Positions 19,513 through 29,348 of a stretch of DNA of 64,000 nt are shown piece by piece. Position 1 is the first letter of the stretch, and the number at the start of each line of letters is the position of its first letter. The translations under genes and the position numbers were made by a program. The stretch is from the NCBI GenBank assembly GCA_963662405.2, contig CAXXKT010000001.1, positions 1,600,001-1,664,000 on the forward strand. The letters run 5' to 3'. Under the pieces are notes generated by a model that saw only the letters and a program-made list of their open reading frames with translations, was not told the origin of the DNA and made no database searches. The DNA is from Syntrophales bacterium. Lineage in GTDB: Bacteria; Desulfobacterota; Syntrophia; Syntrophales; UBA2210.

Positions 19513-20127
19513 TTAGAATTGTTTCAGTATCACGTCAAGGTATGTCTGCAATGTTTCTCGATCAATTTTTTTGATACTGTCATCTTTAACCGTTTCATTA
19601 AGCGCAAGCTGAATCATGCCCCTTATGCACCATGCCATTGCGTTCTGGTTACCAGGTTTGAATTCTTTTGCCTTAATACCTTCTAATATGGTTTTTCTAA
19701 TGTACGTATGCATCTTCAGTTGAATGTCAACAACGATATAATCTTTGAAATTGAGAGACGGATTGCCCTTGGGAGGACCATAATAAATGCTAAACATGAG
19801 TCGTGAAAAATCCCTATGTTCCGTCACAAAAGAGAATGTCCTGTCAGCCATGTTCTTGAGCTTGATTTTAGCGCTGGGTGAATCATCTTCATGAGAGTCA
19901 AAAACAAGATAATGGAATTCTTCAAGATGTGTTCTCGCCAATTCTTGAAAGAGGCCCTCTTTATTTTTAAAATAATGATAAAGAGATGGAGCTGATGTCC
20001 CGGATGCATCAAGTATATTGCGGATAGTGGTTGAAGAATAGCCTTTCTGAGAAAAAATCCGTAAGGCCGCCATCATGATTTGTTGTTTTGTTCCGTTTTC
20101 GTCAGGTGTTTTCTTGCTTTCGTTCAT
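19513..20127 (-). CDS. TetR/AcrR family transcriptional regulator
   Basis: IMMAALRIFSQKGYSSTTIRNI...SLYHYFKNKEGLF HTH. Confidence 0.92.
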   Translation of the reverse strand: MNESKKTPDENGTKQQIMMAALRIFSQKGYSSTTIRNILDASGTSAPSLYHYFKNKEGLFQELARTHLEEFHYLVFDSHEDDSPSAKIKLKNMADRTFSFVTEHRDFSRLMFSIYYGPPKGNPSLNFKDYIVVDIQLKMHTYIRKTILEGIKAKEFKPGNQNAMAWCIRGMIQLALNETVKDDSIKKIDRETLQTYLDVILKQF

Positions 20128-20239
20128 AAATCCCTCTCCATATTATATATAACGTTTATTATCTATCGGTTTTGGCTATGATTGTCAATACATAAGGAAC
20201 ACTCTCTGGTAAAGATACTGTCGATTTTTTATGCGGTCG

Positions 20240-20410
20240 TAGACAGAATGCCACGGGTTTACCCGTGGATGAATGAGCCCGGAGGCGGTATAATGCTGTC
20301 ATGGAATACACAACAACAGCTCACAGCATATACTATTTTCGGTACTATGTGGTTTAGGTTTGCAAATACCGCCGACGGATCCTAGATCCTGGCATGTGTG
20401 TTTACCAAAC
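20240..20410 (+). mobile_element. IS200/IS605-family left end plus truncated tnpA
   Basis: Subterminal hairpin CCACGGGT-TT-ACCCGTGG (20251-20268); from ATG 20301: MEYTTTAHSIYYFRYYVV*VCKYRRRIL, a TnpA (Y1) N-terminus with Trp changed to TAG. Confidence 0.75.
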
Positions 20411-20666
20411 ATTACAAGTATTATAGCAATTGATATAATAATTGTGAGCATATTTTTTAGTTGTTAAAACGCAAAAAATGCTTTTTTGCGTATAATACGC
20501 TCGAAGTGAATCCGCCACAATATTCTCATAATTTATCAAGTTAATACAGATAATTATACGGTACAGGCACATCATCATTTGTACATATGGCATCCGTTCG
20601 TATCATTGGTACCATTCTAATAATACATGAATTTTTGTAAATAATAAATGAGAGGAAAAAAATACC

Positions 20667-20696
20667 TTGACACAATTATAACGAGCGTTATATAAG
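20667..20696 (+). promoter_or_regulatory. promoter with embedded palindromic operator (probable TetR site)
   Basis: TTGACA at 20667; TATAACG-AG-CGTTATA at 20677-20692 overlapping the spacer/-10; related half-site TATAACG at 20148 just upstream of tetR. Confidence 0.6.
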
Positions 20697-20816
20697 GTCA
20701 AATACGTTCTAATGCTTTTGAAATTGCCATAAGCCTTCGATAATAAATAATTGATAGCATGTTATACACTTTTGTGCTGATATTATATCATATGATATGA
20801 AAAAGAGGGTATCGTT

Positions 20817-21452
20817 ATGGACAGTCTGAAAGAAAGCATCACTTCTATACGAAATACCAACAAAATTCGTACCTGCGTCTTAACGATTGCGTTTTTCAAG
20901 ACGTTGAGAGAAACGCAGCAAAGTGTCCCTCTGCTTTGCATGTGACATGATGGACTGTCATTTTGTCGGCATGTAGCTATGGCTCGGAACACGGAGTGGA
21001 AAATGGGGGGGCAGTAACAAATTTTCCCATGTCTAATTGTATGTTCACTTTTGGTCTTACCCTTCTTTAGGAAGAAGGTGTTTTCGATCGAAAGCTTGAT
21101 GTCAGCGTTCGGGGTAAGGCAAAGGAAGATGCCACAAAGTTTAGGCAGTCTCTGATGCGAATCCCTTTTGGGAACCATGAAGCCGTTGCTGTTTCATCTG
21201 TTGCTTTTGAGAGACAAGGTGACGTTATGGATGTGAATGGTTCACCGAAGCACTTGTGGAAGATAGCCACGTGGTTAGTGAATTTGAAAAAGGTAGGGAC
21301 AACTGGTTGTCCGTTCACTTCTTACGGGTCAGGTGCTTGCTGATACCTGTGATCATGATGGCGTATGCGGAACCTGGTGAGTATATTGCCGCCATTGACC
21401 GTGAAGAGTTTCAGAAATAATCCTTGGATAAGAAGAGGGTTCGTCACAAGTG
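20817..21452 (+). pseudogene. degraded DUF169-like gene
   Basis: Fragments in shifting frames: MDSLKESITSIRNTNKIRT..., RIPFGNHEAVAVSSVAFERQGDVMDVNGSP...GSGAC, AYAEPGEYIAAIDREEF, resembling DUF169 motifs (RIP.G...AV, PDV...G.P, GAC); multiple stops. Confidence 0.4.
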
Positions 21453-21489
21453 ATCCATGGATAATTATTTTGAGCACTGGAGGTTGCCG

Positions 21490-22977
21490 ATGGAAAAGAA
21501 AAGGGAAATAGAAAGTGCGTTAAAAGCAATTGTTGGGGCGGATTATGTTTCTTCGGATAGCCCGGATTTGATCCCGTATATCGAAGATTCATACTCTGCA
21601 ATGATGGGGAAAGGTGTGCCATTACCAGAGTTTGTTGTGTTGCCCAAAGATGAGAATGAAGTGCAAAAGATTGTCTTCCTGGCAAACGAGTTCGGATTCC
21701 CGATTTATCCCCGCAGTTTTGGTGTGAATATCGCCGGATCCGCATTGCCGTATAAAGGGGGCGTGGTAATCGACCTGAAGCGTATGAATCGTATATGGGA
21801 AGTTAACGAAGAAACGATGACAGCGACCATTGAACCCGGTGTCGCATGGGGAACTCTTCGTAAAGAGGCTAAGAAAAAAGGTATGGATATCATTGCTATT
21901 GCTGGACCGTACCCGGTGAGTCCGGTGGGAAATTTTTTGCTGACCAATATTACGCCGTATTCTTCGAAGTACAGCTGTGATCGAGCTGTATCATTAACGG
22001 TTGTCTTGCCAAATGGAGAAATCGTCAGGACCGGTTCATGGGCCAGCGCAGTAGGAGGTGATATCAATCCGTATTTCAGATGGGCCTACGGTCCTGACGT
22101 AACCGGCATGTTCAGGGGATCTATGGGAAATTTTGGTATCATCACAAAGATGATCATACGTTTACGCAAGATGGCTGAGGTTGAAAAAAACGTGTTCTAT
22201 GGTTTTGATCAACTCGAGCAATGCATGGAAGCTTACAAGGCCATTGAACGTCTCGATATTCCCCGAAGCAGCTTGGTCATGAATAGGAAAATGGCATCAC
22301 AGTGCGTGTTGTCTCCTCAAAAAATCTATGATGCTGATAAACGAGAGTGGTGGTTGAAGGAATTGCCCGCTTTTATGATTTCGTTTGGATACGGCGGGAC
22401 CGAGGAAATGATTGCGTTGTACGAAAAGATCGCTGCACAGAAGATCATTGAGTTTGGAGGCCGCATATACAAGTTTCCGGACACGGAAGAAGGTCAGATG
22501 GCTCATAACAAAATCAATCAAGCTGTGGAAGGAAATAGCCGAACGGCTCTCAACATGTATGCTCCGCTGTCGGGATTTGCCGCAATTATTGGGTGCTTAC
22601 CGATTAAAGGGGTGCCGGAAGTGTATAAGACAGTCAGTGAAGTTATTAAAAAATATAATATCAAAGACGCAATTACGGGTGAAGCGCTCGAGCAGGAACT
22701 CATTATTATGTCCTATGAGCGAACCTCCACCGTCTATGTGGAGCAGGAAATATTATACGATCCTGCCGGTCCAAAAGATGATTTGAAAACGGTCATGAAA
22801 TGCTTGCGTGAATGTTATACGGAAATTGTCGGAAAGCATGGGGCAGCTCACACCATCCCCAACAAAACCATGCTGAATATGATGGTTCCAGCCTACACAA
22901 GTATTTTAAAGGGTTTCAAGCGAATGATTGATCCCAACAATATTATGTTGCCGGGGGGACCATACTCGTTGGAATAG
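21490..22977 (+). CDS. FAD-binding oxidoreductase (GlcD/VAO family)
   Basis: VVLPKDENEVQKIV, GGVVIDLKRMNRI, IEPGV, VVLPNGEIVRTG, GSMGNFGIIT, IDPNNIMLPG. Confidence 0.88.
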   Translation: MEKKREIESALKAIVGADYVSSDSPDLIPYIEDSYSAMMGKGVPLPEFVVLPKDENEVQKIVFLANEFGFPIYPRSFGVNIAGSALPYKGGVVIDLKRMNRIWEVNEETMTATIEPGVAWGTLRKEAKKKGMDIIAIAGPYPVSPVGNFLLTNITPYSSKYSCDRAVSLTVVLPNGEIVRTGSWASAVGGDINPYFRWAYGPDVTGMFRGSMGNFGIITKMIIRLRKMAEVEKNVFYGFDQLEQCMEAYKAIERLDIPRSSLVMNRKMASQCVLSPQKIYDADKREWWLKELPAFMISFGYGGTEEMIALYEKIAAQKIIEFGGRIYKFPDTEEGQMAHNKINQAVEGNSRTALNMYAPLSGFAAIIGCLPIKGVPEVYKTVSEVIKKYNIKDAITGEALEQELIIMSYERTSTVYVEQEILYDPAGPKDDLKTVMKCLRECYTEIVGKHGAAHTIPNKTMLNMMVPAYTSILKGFKRMIDPNNIMLPGGPYSLE

Positions 22978-23022
22978 CGGTCAAAAATAAATACCTTACC
23001 GTCGTTTTGATAGGAGGTTGCA

Positions 23023-24171
23023 ATGCTCAAAGACTATCGGGAAATAATTATGCACTGCTTGAAGTGCGGCGCTTGCCGGCTTGCTTGGGAAATCTACACC
23101 CCCATATGTCCATCGGGTGTAAGATACGGTTACGATTCACATTACGCTATCGGTCGTATTGCACTGGCAAAGGCGCTTCTGGAAAATCGGGTATCTTTGG
23201 ATTCTGACCTCATGCGCCGGGTATATACGTGCACGAGCTGCGGCGCTTGTGATGAACAATGCCATGAGGCAGTGGGCGTGGACCCACTGAGAGTCATTGA
23301 GGCGCTAAAACGTATGGCCGTCGAGAATGGGTGCGTGCCTCCTGAAGTGCGCGATTATCTTAAGTCTATGACTGTTTATGGCAATCCTTATATGTTGCCG
23401 GCGACAAAGCGGGGAGACTGGTCCGAGAAAAGTCATGTGGAGAAATATAACGGGCAGGAGTTTCTGCTGTATATAGGCGACACCGCTTCCTATGACAACC
23501 GGGGCCACCAGATAGCCGCTGCTGTTGCGAATATCTTTTCACAGTCTGGAGTGTCTTTCGGCTGTCTTTTGGCCGAAGAACTGAGCGACGGGAATGAGGT
23601 CATGAGGGTCGGAGACAAGTGGCAGTATGAATTAATGGCCCAATCGAACATCGAATTGTTCAAGGAGCTGAAGGTGCGGAAGATTGTGACCCTCTCCCCC
23701 CATGCCTTCAATGCCTTCAAAAATGATTATTCACAGTGGGGTGCCGATTTTGAAGTATTGCACTACACAGAATTGATCGCAGGATTAATCAAAGAAGGGG
23801 CGTTAAAGCTCACTTTGCCCCACGGCAAAAGGATAACGTATCACGATCCCTGTTTTCTGGGGCGTCACAACGGTATTTATGATGCGCCGCGGGAAGTATT
23901 ATCTTCAATCCCCGATGTAACGCTGGTTGAGATGGAACGCAATCGAAACAACGCCTTTTGTTGCGGTGGCGGCGGGGGAAACTTTTTTACCGACATGCTG
24001 GGTTCCGGTGAACGGAGCCCGGGCAGAATCAGAGTGAGGGAGGCATTGGAAACCGGGGCCGAAATTATAGCCACGTCATGCCCTAAGTGCTTAATAATGT
24101 TAGACGATGCAATCAAAGCCGAGGGTGCGGAGAACCGTATAGAAGTGAAGGACATTTCGCAGCTTTTATAG
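23023..24171 (+). CDS. Fe-S oxidoreductase with CCG domain (GlcF/HdrD-like)
   Basis: CLKCGAC...CP, CTSCGAC...C, TYHDPCFLGR, CCGGGGG, TSCPKC. Confidence 0.9.
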   Translation: MLKDYREIIMHCLKCGACRLAWEIYTPICPSGVRYGYDSHYAIGRIALAKALLENRVSLDSDLMRRVYTCTSCGACDEQCHEAVGVDPLRVIEALKRMAVENGCVPPEVRDYLKSMTVYGNPYMLPATKRGDWSEKSHVEKYNGQEFLLYIGDTASYDNRGHQIAAAVANIFSQSGVSFGCLLAEELSDGNEVMRVGDKWQYELMAQSNIELFKELKVRKIVTLSPHAFNAFKNDYSQWGADFEVLHYTELIAGLIKEGALKLTLPHGKRITYHDPCFLGRHNGIYDAPREVLSSIPDVTLVEMERNRNNAFCCGGGGGNFFTDMLGSGERSPGRIRVREALETGAEIIATSCPKCLIMLDDAIKAEGAENRIEVKDISQLL

Positions 24172-24184
24172 AAAGGATAGAGCT

Positions 24185-25819
24185 ATGATCAAAAAATATT
24201 ATGGCAATGACTCCGTTGTGAAGGCTATTTTACAAGACAAAGCAGAAACCTTAGGTGATAAACCATTTATGAAATTCCGCGACATGACGGTGAGTTATCG
24301 TTTTGTGAATGATACTGCGACCCGAGTTGCCAATGGGCTGTTGAATCTGGGGATGAAGCAGGGAGACCATATCCTCATTATGTTGCCCAACGGTTTCGAG
24401 ATCCTCTACAGCTGGTTCGGATCGGCAAAGATCGGTGTTGTGGAGGTGCCCGTAAACTTCAATCTCAAAGGCAATCCGTTGCTGCATATTATCAATGATT
24501 CGCGGGCCAAGGTGATGATCATTGATCACCAGTATCTGGATAGGCTTGAGTCCATCAAGGATAACACCACCGAATTACAAACGGTTGTTGTGCTGGGGGA
24601 AGACAGCGAACATGCGGCATTGAGTAAAAAGTTCAATGTTCTTAATTTCGATGCGCTGCTGGAGAGCGACAATCAGATACCGGATGTACTGGTGAAAGCG
24701 GGAGATCCGGCCACGATCATGTATACATCCGGTACTACAGGTGCGCCGAAGGGTGTTGTTCAGCCTCAGGCATTCGCATATAATTATGTAAAATTGTCCC
24801 TGTATCCTGTTTCAGACAATCCCGAAGACATCTTCCTGATGGAGAATACAATCCATTATTCCTATCTGCCGCTGTATCACACGGCTGCAAAATATGTCGA
24901 TGTGCTGGGAACAATGCTTGCCAATGGCACTTTTGTCCTTGCCGACGGATTCCATCCGTCGACTTTCTGGGAAGAATGTACCAAGAACGGGGCAACGACG
25001 GCGTATGTTCTTTTCACTGCTGCGTTCCTGATGATGATGCCTCCCCAGTCGACCGACGCCGATAATTCGGTAAAACGAGTGATGTGTCTGCCGCTTATCC
25101 CGGAGATCGGCGAATTCTCAAAGCGTTTTGGGGTCGATGTATGGACGTGCTACGGATTGAGCGAGGGAAGCGCCCCCTTTATAGGGAGGGTTCCTGAAAA
25201 GTTAAAGGATACCGCGTTAATGGGCAAGGCGGTCAGAGATGATATTGATATACGACTTGCCGATCAAGAAGGGTATGAAGTCCCCAGTGGTCAGATCGGC
25301 GAGGTCCTCCAAAGACCGAAAACACCTTATTCATGTATGCTTGGCTATTTCAATCAACCTGATAAAACTGTGGAGATCTGGCAGGATCTTTGGATGCACA
25401 CAGGGGACCTGGCTTACAGAGATAATGACGGATTTTACTATTTTGCCGGACGAGCCAAAGAAAGGATCCGTCGTCGGGGGGAGAATATTTCTCCGGAAAG
25501 CATAGAGAAAGAGGTAAATACCCATGCTGCAATAGCTGAATCTGCTGTGATTCCCGTACCATCTGATTTCGGAATGGCTGGCGAGAACGAGATCATGGCT
25601 GTAGTTGTGCTTGCTCAGGGAGAGAAATTGGAACCGGCGGATCTGATTGTTTATTTAGAGTCGCGGCTTCCTCGCTTCATGATTCCCCGTTATATCAAAT
25701 TTGTAACCGATCTGCCGCGTACTGCAACGGCTAAGGTTAAGCGAGTTCTGTTGCAGGAGAATTGGTCGGAAGGGGAAGTCTGGGATCTAAATCTGAATAA
25801 AGCGGACGTAAAAAAATAG
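24185..25819 (+). CDS. AMP-forming acyl-CoA ligase (CaiC-like)
   Basis: YTSGTTGAPKG, YGLSE, HTGDLA, RIRRRGENIS, LPRTATAKVK. Confidence 0.9.
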   Translation: MIKKYYGNDSVVKAILQDKAETLGDKPFMKFRDMTVSYRFVNDTATRVANGLLNLGMKQGDHILIMLPNGFEILYSWFGSAKIGVVEVPVNFNLKGNPLLHIINDSRAKVMIIDHQYLDRLESIKDNTTELQTVVVLGEDSEHAALSKKFNVLNFDALLESDNQIPDVLVKAGDPATIMYTSGTTGAPKGVVQPQAFAYNYVKLSLYPVSDNPEDIFLMENTIHYSYLPLYHTAAKYVDVLGTMLANGTFVLADGFHPSTFWEECTKNGATTAYVLFTAAFLMMMPPQSTDADNSVKRVMCLPLIPEIGEFSKRFGVDVWTCYGLSEGSAPFIGRVPEKLKDTALMGKAVRDDIDIRLADQEGYEVPSGQIGEVLQRPKTPYSCMLGYFNQPDKTVEIWQDLWMHTGDLAYRDNDGFYYFAGRAKERIRRRGENISPESIEKEVNTHAAIAESAVIPVPSDFGMAGENEIMAVVVLAQGEKLEPADLIVYLESRLPRFMIPRYIKFVTDLPRTATAKVKRVLLQENWSEGEVWDLNLNKADVKK

Positions 25820-25838
25820 ATATAAGGAGGATGCGACG

Positions 25839-26357
25839 ATGAGCAAAGTTGAAGTTCCAAAACTGGATTGGTACGAGAGATACAAGAGAATGGTTGATAT
25901 GGCCTATTCGCTTTTTATTACCGCAGAGTTACAAATTCACGCGGATTTTAAGGATCCGGAAGAGGCCCAACCAAGGATCAAGGCCCTGCACGGAAACTGC
26001 AGCAGTACGTGCGGCAGCAAGCTGGTAAAAGCACATGAGCTCAAGCCGACCGTTGAAGACGCTTTGAAACTTTTTATGCTCTATAGCTGCGAGGTGTGGG
26101 GATTCGGTTCTTATGAAACAGTCGCTGTGGATCTCAAGAACGACAATAAGGGGACCTTCGCGAATCTTGTTTGCCGCGGATGGGAGCTTGCCACAAGACA
26201 AGGTATCGTAGAAGAATTGAAGAAAACGAATTGCAGCAAAGGCTGTACCGCCGAATATGAAGCACTGCTCAGGACCCTTTCACCGGATTTGAAAATTACC
26301 ATGACCAAGGCGCGTCCCTTGGGTGATGATTGTTGCGAGTTCACGGTTGAAAGATAA
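25839..26357 (+). CDS. V4R / ATC-hydrolase-like small-molecule-binding protein
   Basis: C..W, C...C and C-terminal GDDCCEFTV motif; AAGGAGG RBS. Confidence 0.55.
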   Translation: MSKVEVPKLDWYERYKRMVDMAYSLFITAELQIHADFKDPEEAQPRIKALHGNCSSTCGSKLVKAHELKPTVEDALKLFMLYSCEVWGFGSYETVAVDLKNDNKGTFANLVCRGWELATRQGIVEELKKTNCSKGCTAEYEALLRTLSPDLKITMTKARPLGDDCCEFTVER

Positions 26358-26437
26358 AGCGGTATTCACTGTCGCTGATGCAGGTGGGTGAGGCGACGAA
26401 TACGGTGCCGGATGTATTGCGATCAAGGGACCTCGAT

Positions 26438-27325
26438 ATGAATGTTGAGAAATTTGGCCGAATAGTATTTGTTCCCGGATTAAATAAATCCCGTTATCCG
26501 TTCTGCAACTCAGTTTTCATCGATGATGACAGAAAGGTTGTTATCGATCCTGCATCAGATGATAAACTTTTACAAGAGATTGCTCCCGAGGAAGGGTTCG
26601 ATATCCTGATCAATTCTCATTATCACGAAGATCATTTTGCCTTTAATTATCTGTTCCCTCGATCTGAATTGTATGTTCCCATCAACGATGCGCCATGCTT
26701 TCAATCGATGGATACAATGCTTGAGTATTATGGAATGAAAGATACCCCGTATGAGCAGGTGTGGAAACGTGTTCTTATTGATTCATTTCATTATCAGGAA
26801 CGCGCTTCCGACAGGTTGCTTGAAGATGGAGAGATTCTTGATTTCGGACATACTCAATTAGAGGTGGTGCATACACCGGGTCATACCATCGGACATTGCA
26901 GTTTCTACTGTCCGCAAGAGGGTGTCTTGATACTCGGAGATTATGACCTCACCAGTTTTGGCCCATGGTATGGTGACGCATCTTCCGATATCAGACAGAC
27001 CAGGGAATCTGTGCACAAACTTCTGAATATCCCTGCGGATGTCTATATTACCTCCCATGAAGAAGGAATCATCAAGGGAGATATCAAGGTATTGGCCGAG
27101 GCTTATCTTGATATTATTGATCAACGGCAAAATGAAATAATGAAATTCTTGAGGAAATCGAGATCATTAGACGATATCGTCAGGCAATGGATCATATATA
27201 AAAAACCGAGGGAACCAAAGCAATTTTATGAATTCAGTGAACAGGCAATGATCAAAAAACACCTCGATCTTCTCATGGAAGACGGCAAATTGGAGATTCG
27301 GCAAGGAAAATACGTTTGCATATAA
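26438..27325 (+). CDS. metallo-beta-lactamase-fold hydrolase
   Basis: SHYHEDH, HTPGHTIGH, GDYD, SH. Confidence 0.9.
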   Translation: MNVEKFGRIVFVPGLNKSRYPFCNSVFIDDDRKVVIDPASDDKLLQEIAPEEGFDILINSHYHEDHFAFNYLFPRSELYVPINDAPCFQSMDTMLEYYGMKDTPYEQVWKRVLIDSFHYQERASDRLLEDGEILDFGHTQLEVVHTPGHTIGHCSFYCPQEGVLILGDYDLTSFGPWYGDASSDIRQTRESVHKLLNIPADVYITSHEEGIIKGDIKVLAEAYLDIIDQRQNEIMKFLRKSRSLDDIVRQWIIYKKPREPKQFYEFSEQAMIKKHLDLLMEDGKLEIRQGKYVCI

Positions 27326-27869
27326 TTCTATCGGTTTGGTTGGGGAAAATAAAGTTTCATGTTCATGCCTGTTTTCGCAGGGTGGTGCTGTTGAGCTGTT
27401 AGGATATATCATGCCTTTGCAGAGAGAGATGGCACGATGGTTTTTCAAATAAATTTTTTTGCCCGAAAATGAATGTAACGTACGATCAATAACAATAATT
27501 GGTAAAGATTAACGGATATTCTTTTAATTACAAAGTTATATAGAATAGGATGATGCTTGTAAACAATATAACAATAGATACAATACGTGGCGTAATCTTC
27601 AGCTTCCGCAATAAAGATTTATGCCGTGAAAGGTATCGCGTTAAAGGAATATCTCAAAAAAACCGGAGAAAAACATTGATGCTGGACGGGTTTTGACGCG
27701 CAGGTGATTTGGAGATGTATGATGAGCGGCTTTCTCTGCCAAGTCGGCAGGGTGTTATTGACAAAAGATCCGGGACAACTCGTCTTTTAACTCGCCTGCC
27801 GTCAGTTATGTACAGCCGATCGATTGCGTGAAGATCACGCGTAATTTACTAATGGAAGGAGAAAACACT

Positions 27870-28661
27870 ATGAGTCTACCAAATTTTTCGCTGGAGGGTA
27901 AAGTTGCACTGATTACTGGAGGCAGCCGCGGAATCGGCAGATCAATTGCCTTGGCGTTTGCGGATGCCGGTGCGGATATCGCGATTACCAGCCGGAAGGT
28001 AGATGCTTTGGAAGCTGTTGCCAATGAATGCCGGGCCTTTGGAAGGCGTGCACTGAGTGTTGCTGCTCATGCTGGCAAATTAGACGAACTATCAAACATG
28101 GTAAAGCAGGTTATGGAGGAATATGGCCGCATTGATATCCTGGTGAACAACGCCGGGACCAATCCGATGAATGTTCCTATTATGAAATATGAAGAAAAGT
28201 TGTGGGATTCGATCATGAATCTCAACCTCAAAGGTGCCTTCTTTCTCGGTAAAGAGGTGGCCAATATCATGAAAGAGCAAGGAGGCGGAAGCATTATCAA
28301 TATCGCATCCGTCGAGGGATTCATGGTGGGAGATCTGTCGAGTGCATACGACATCAGCAAGGCGGGGATCATTCATTTTACGAAAACTGCGGCTGCTGAA
28401 ATGGCCTTGAGCAATATCAGGGTGAATGCCATTGCCCCGGGCGGCACGAAAACGGCTCTGGTTCACGCATTGTGGGAAGATCAACAGATGTCAGATTTTG
28501 TTACACAGTTTGTCCCGATGCACAGATTTGCGGATCCCGATGAGATGGCGGGTGCCGCTGTTTACTTGGCGTCTGATGCTGCGAGTTATACGACCGGTAC
28601 CTGTATCGTTATTGATGGTGGTGCCAGTCTTGCCGTAATGTATCATGATCCTTTTGTGTAA
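27870..28661 (+). CDS. short-chain dehydrogenase/reductase
   Basis: TGGSRGIG, NNAG, YDISK, VNAIAPG, IDGG. Confidence 0.93.
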   Translation: MSLPNFSLEGKVALITGGSRGIGRSIALAFADAGADIAITSRKVDALEAVANECRAFGRRALSVAAHAGKLDELSNMVKQVMEEYGRIDILVNNAGTNPMNVPIMKYEEKLWDSIMNLNLKGAFFLGKEVANIMKEQGGGSIINIASVEGFMVGDLSSAYDISKAGIIHFTKTAAAEMALSNIRVNAIAPGGTKTALVHALWEDQQMSDFVTQFVPMHRFADPDEMAGAAVYLASDAASYTTGTCIVIDGGASLAVMYHDPFV

Positions 28662-29348
28662 AGAGGTGATGCCCACGGTTGAATGTCATGCAGGGAGCTA
28701 TAACGGCTGAAATGACATCTCATTTAAAGATGAGCACAGATGCGAGGAAGAAGCTGACACGAATGGCTCGTGATATCTTGGGGATGCTCACTGGGAATGA
28801 AAGGATCTCAGGAAACAAGTCTTCGTTGTGTGTCGTGGACTGAGTGCCATGGATTCACGTGTAGATAAGGAGATGAACTCGGCGGCGGTATGACGTGGAG
28901 ATGGTATATGTGCTCACCCCCCCCCAGCAGTGCTTACTGTCTCTGTTGCCATGGAGTTGTTATATCCACATACCGTCGCCATAGTCTTAAATCTCAGGAT
29001 GTGGAGGAGTGTCCGGTAGATGCTTAAATTGATTAGCTGTAACGATCTCACACATAATTCCTCGAGTCTCTGCATCCGGTTCTCCCCGGGGAAGCGGTGT
29101 GAGCACATCGGCGTTTGCCATATGTGTCTAGATCGTGAAACCGGTGAATTGAGGATAGCGAATACAAAATACCGTTATACAGCCAGCATGCTGGAGCCGG
29201 ATAGACGTGTGTTTCCCGATTTTCACAATCACATCGAAGAAATCGGAGTGGCAATGTATGGGGGGTCAGGCGTTATAAAAGAGACGCCAACTAGGAATAA
29301 TAACACGGGTCATAAGATGATGAGGCCCATTTGAAAGGAGGTATGCTG

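Noticed and set aside
20240..20410. Active IS605/TnpB or IscB element
   Set aside because: Only the left-end hairpin and ~35 codons of tnpA with a stop are present; no tnpB or right end seen.
21335..21350. Selenocysteine read-through at GAC-TGA in the DUF169-like fragment
   Set aside because: The region has many other stops and frameshifts and no evident SECIS hairpin; decay is the simpler explanation.
27430..27450. sigma54 promoter (TGGCACG), and a similar TGGCAC near 40726
   Set aside because: No TTGC at the -12 position.
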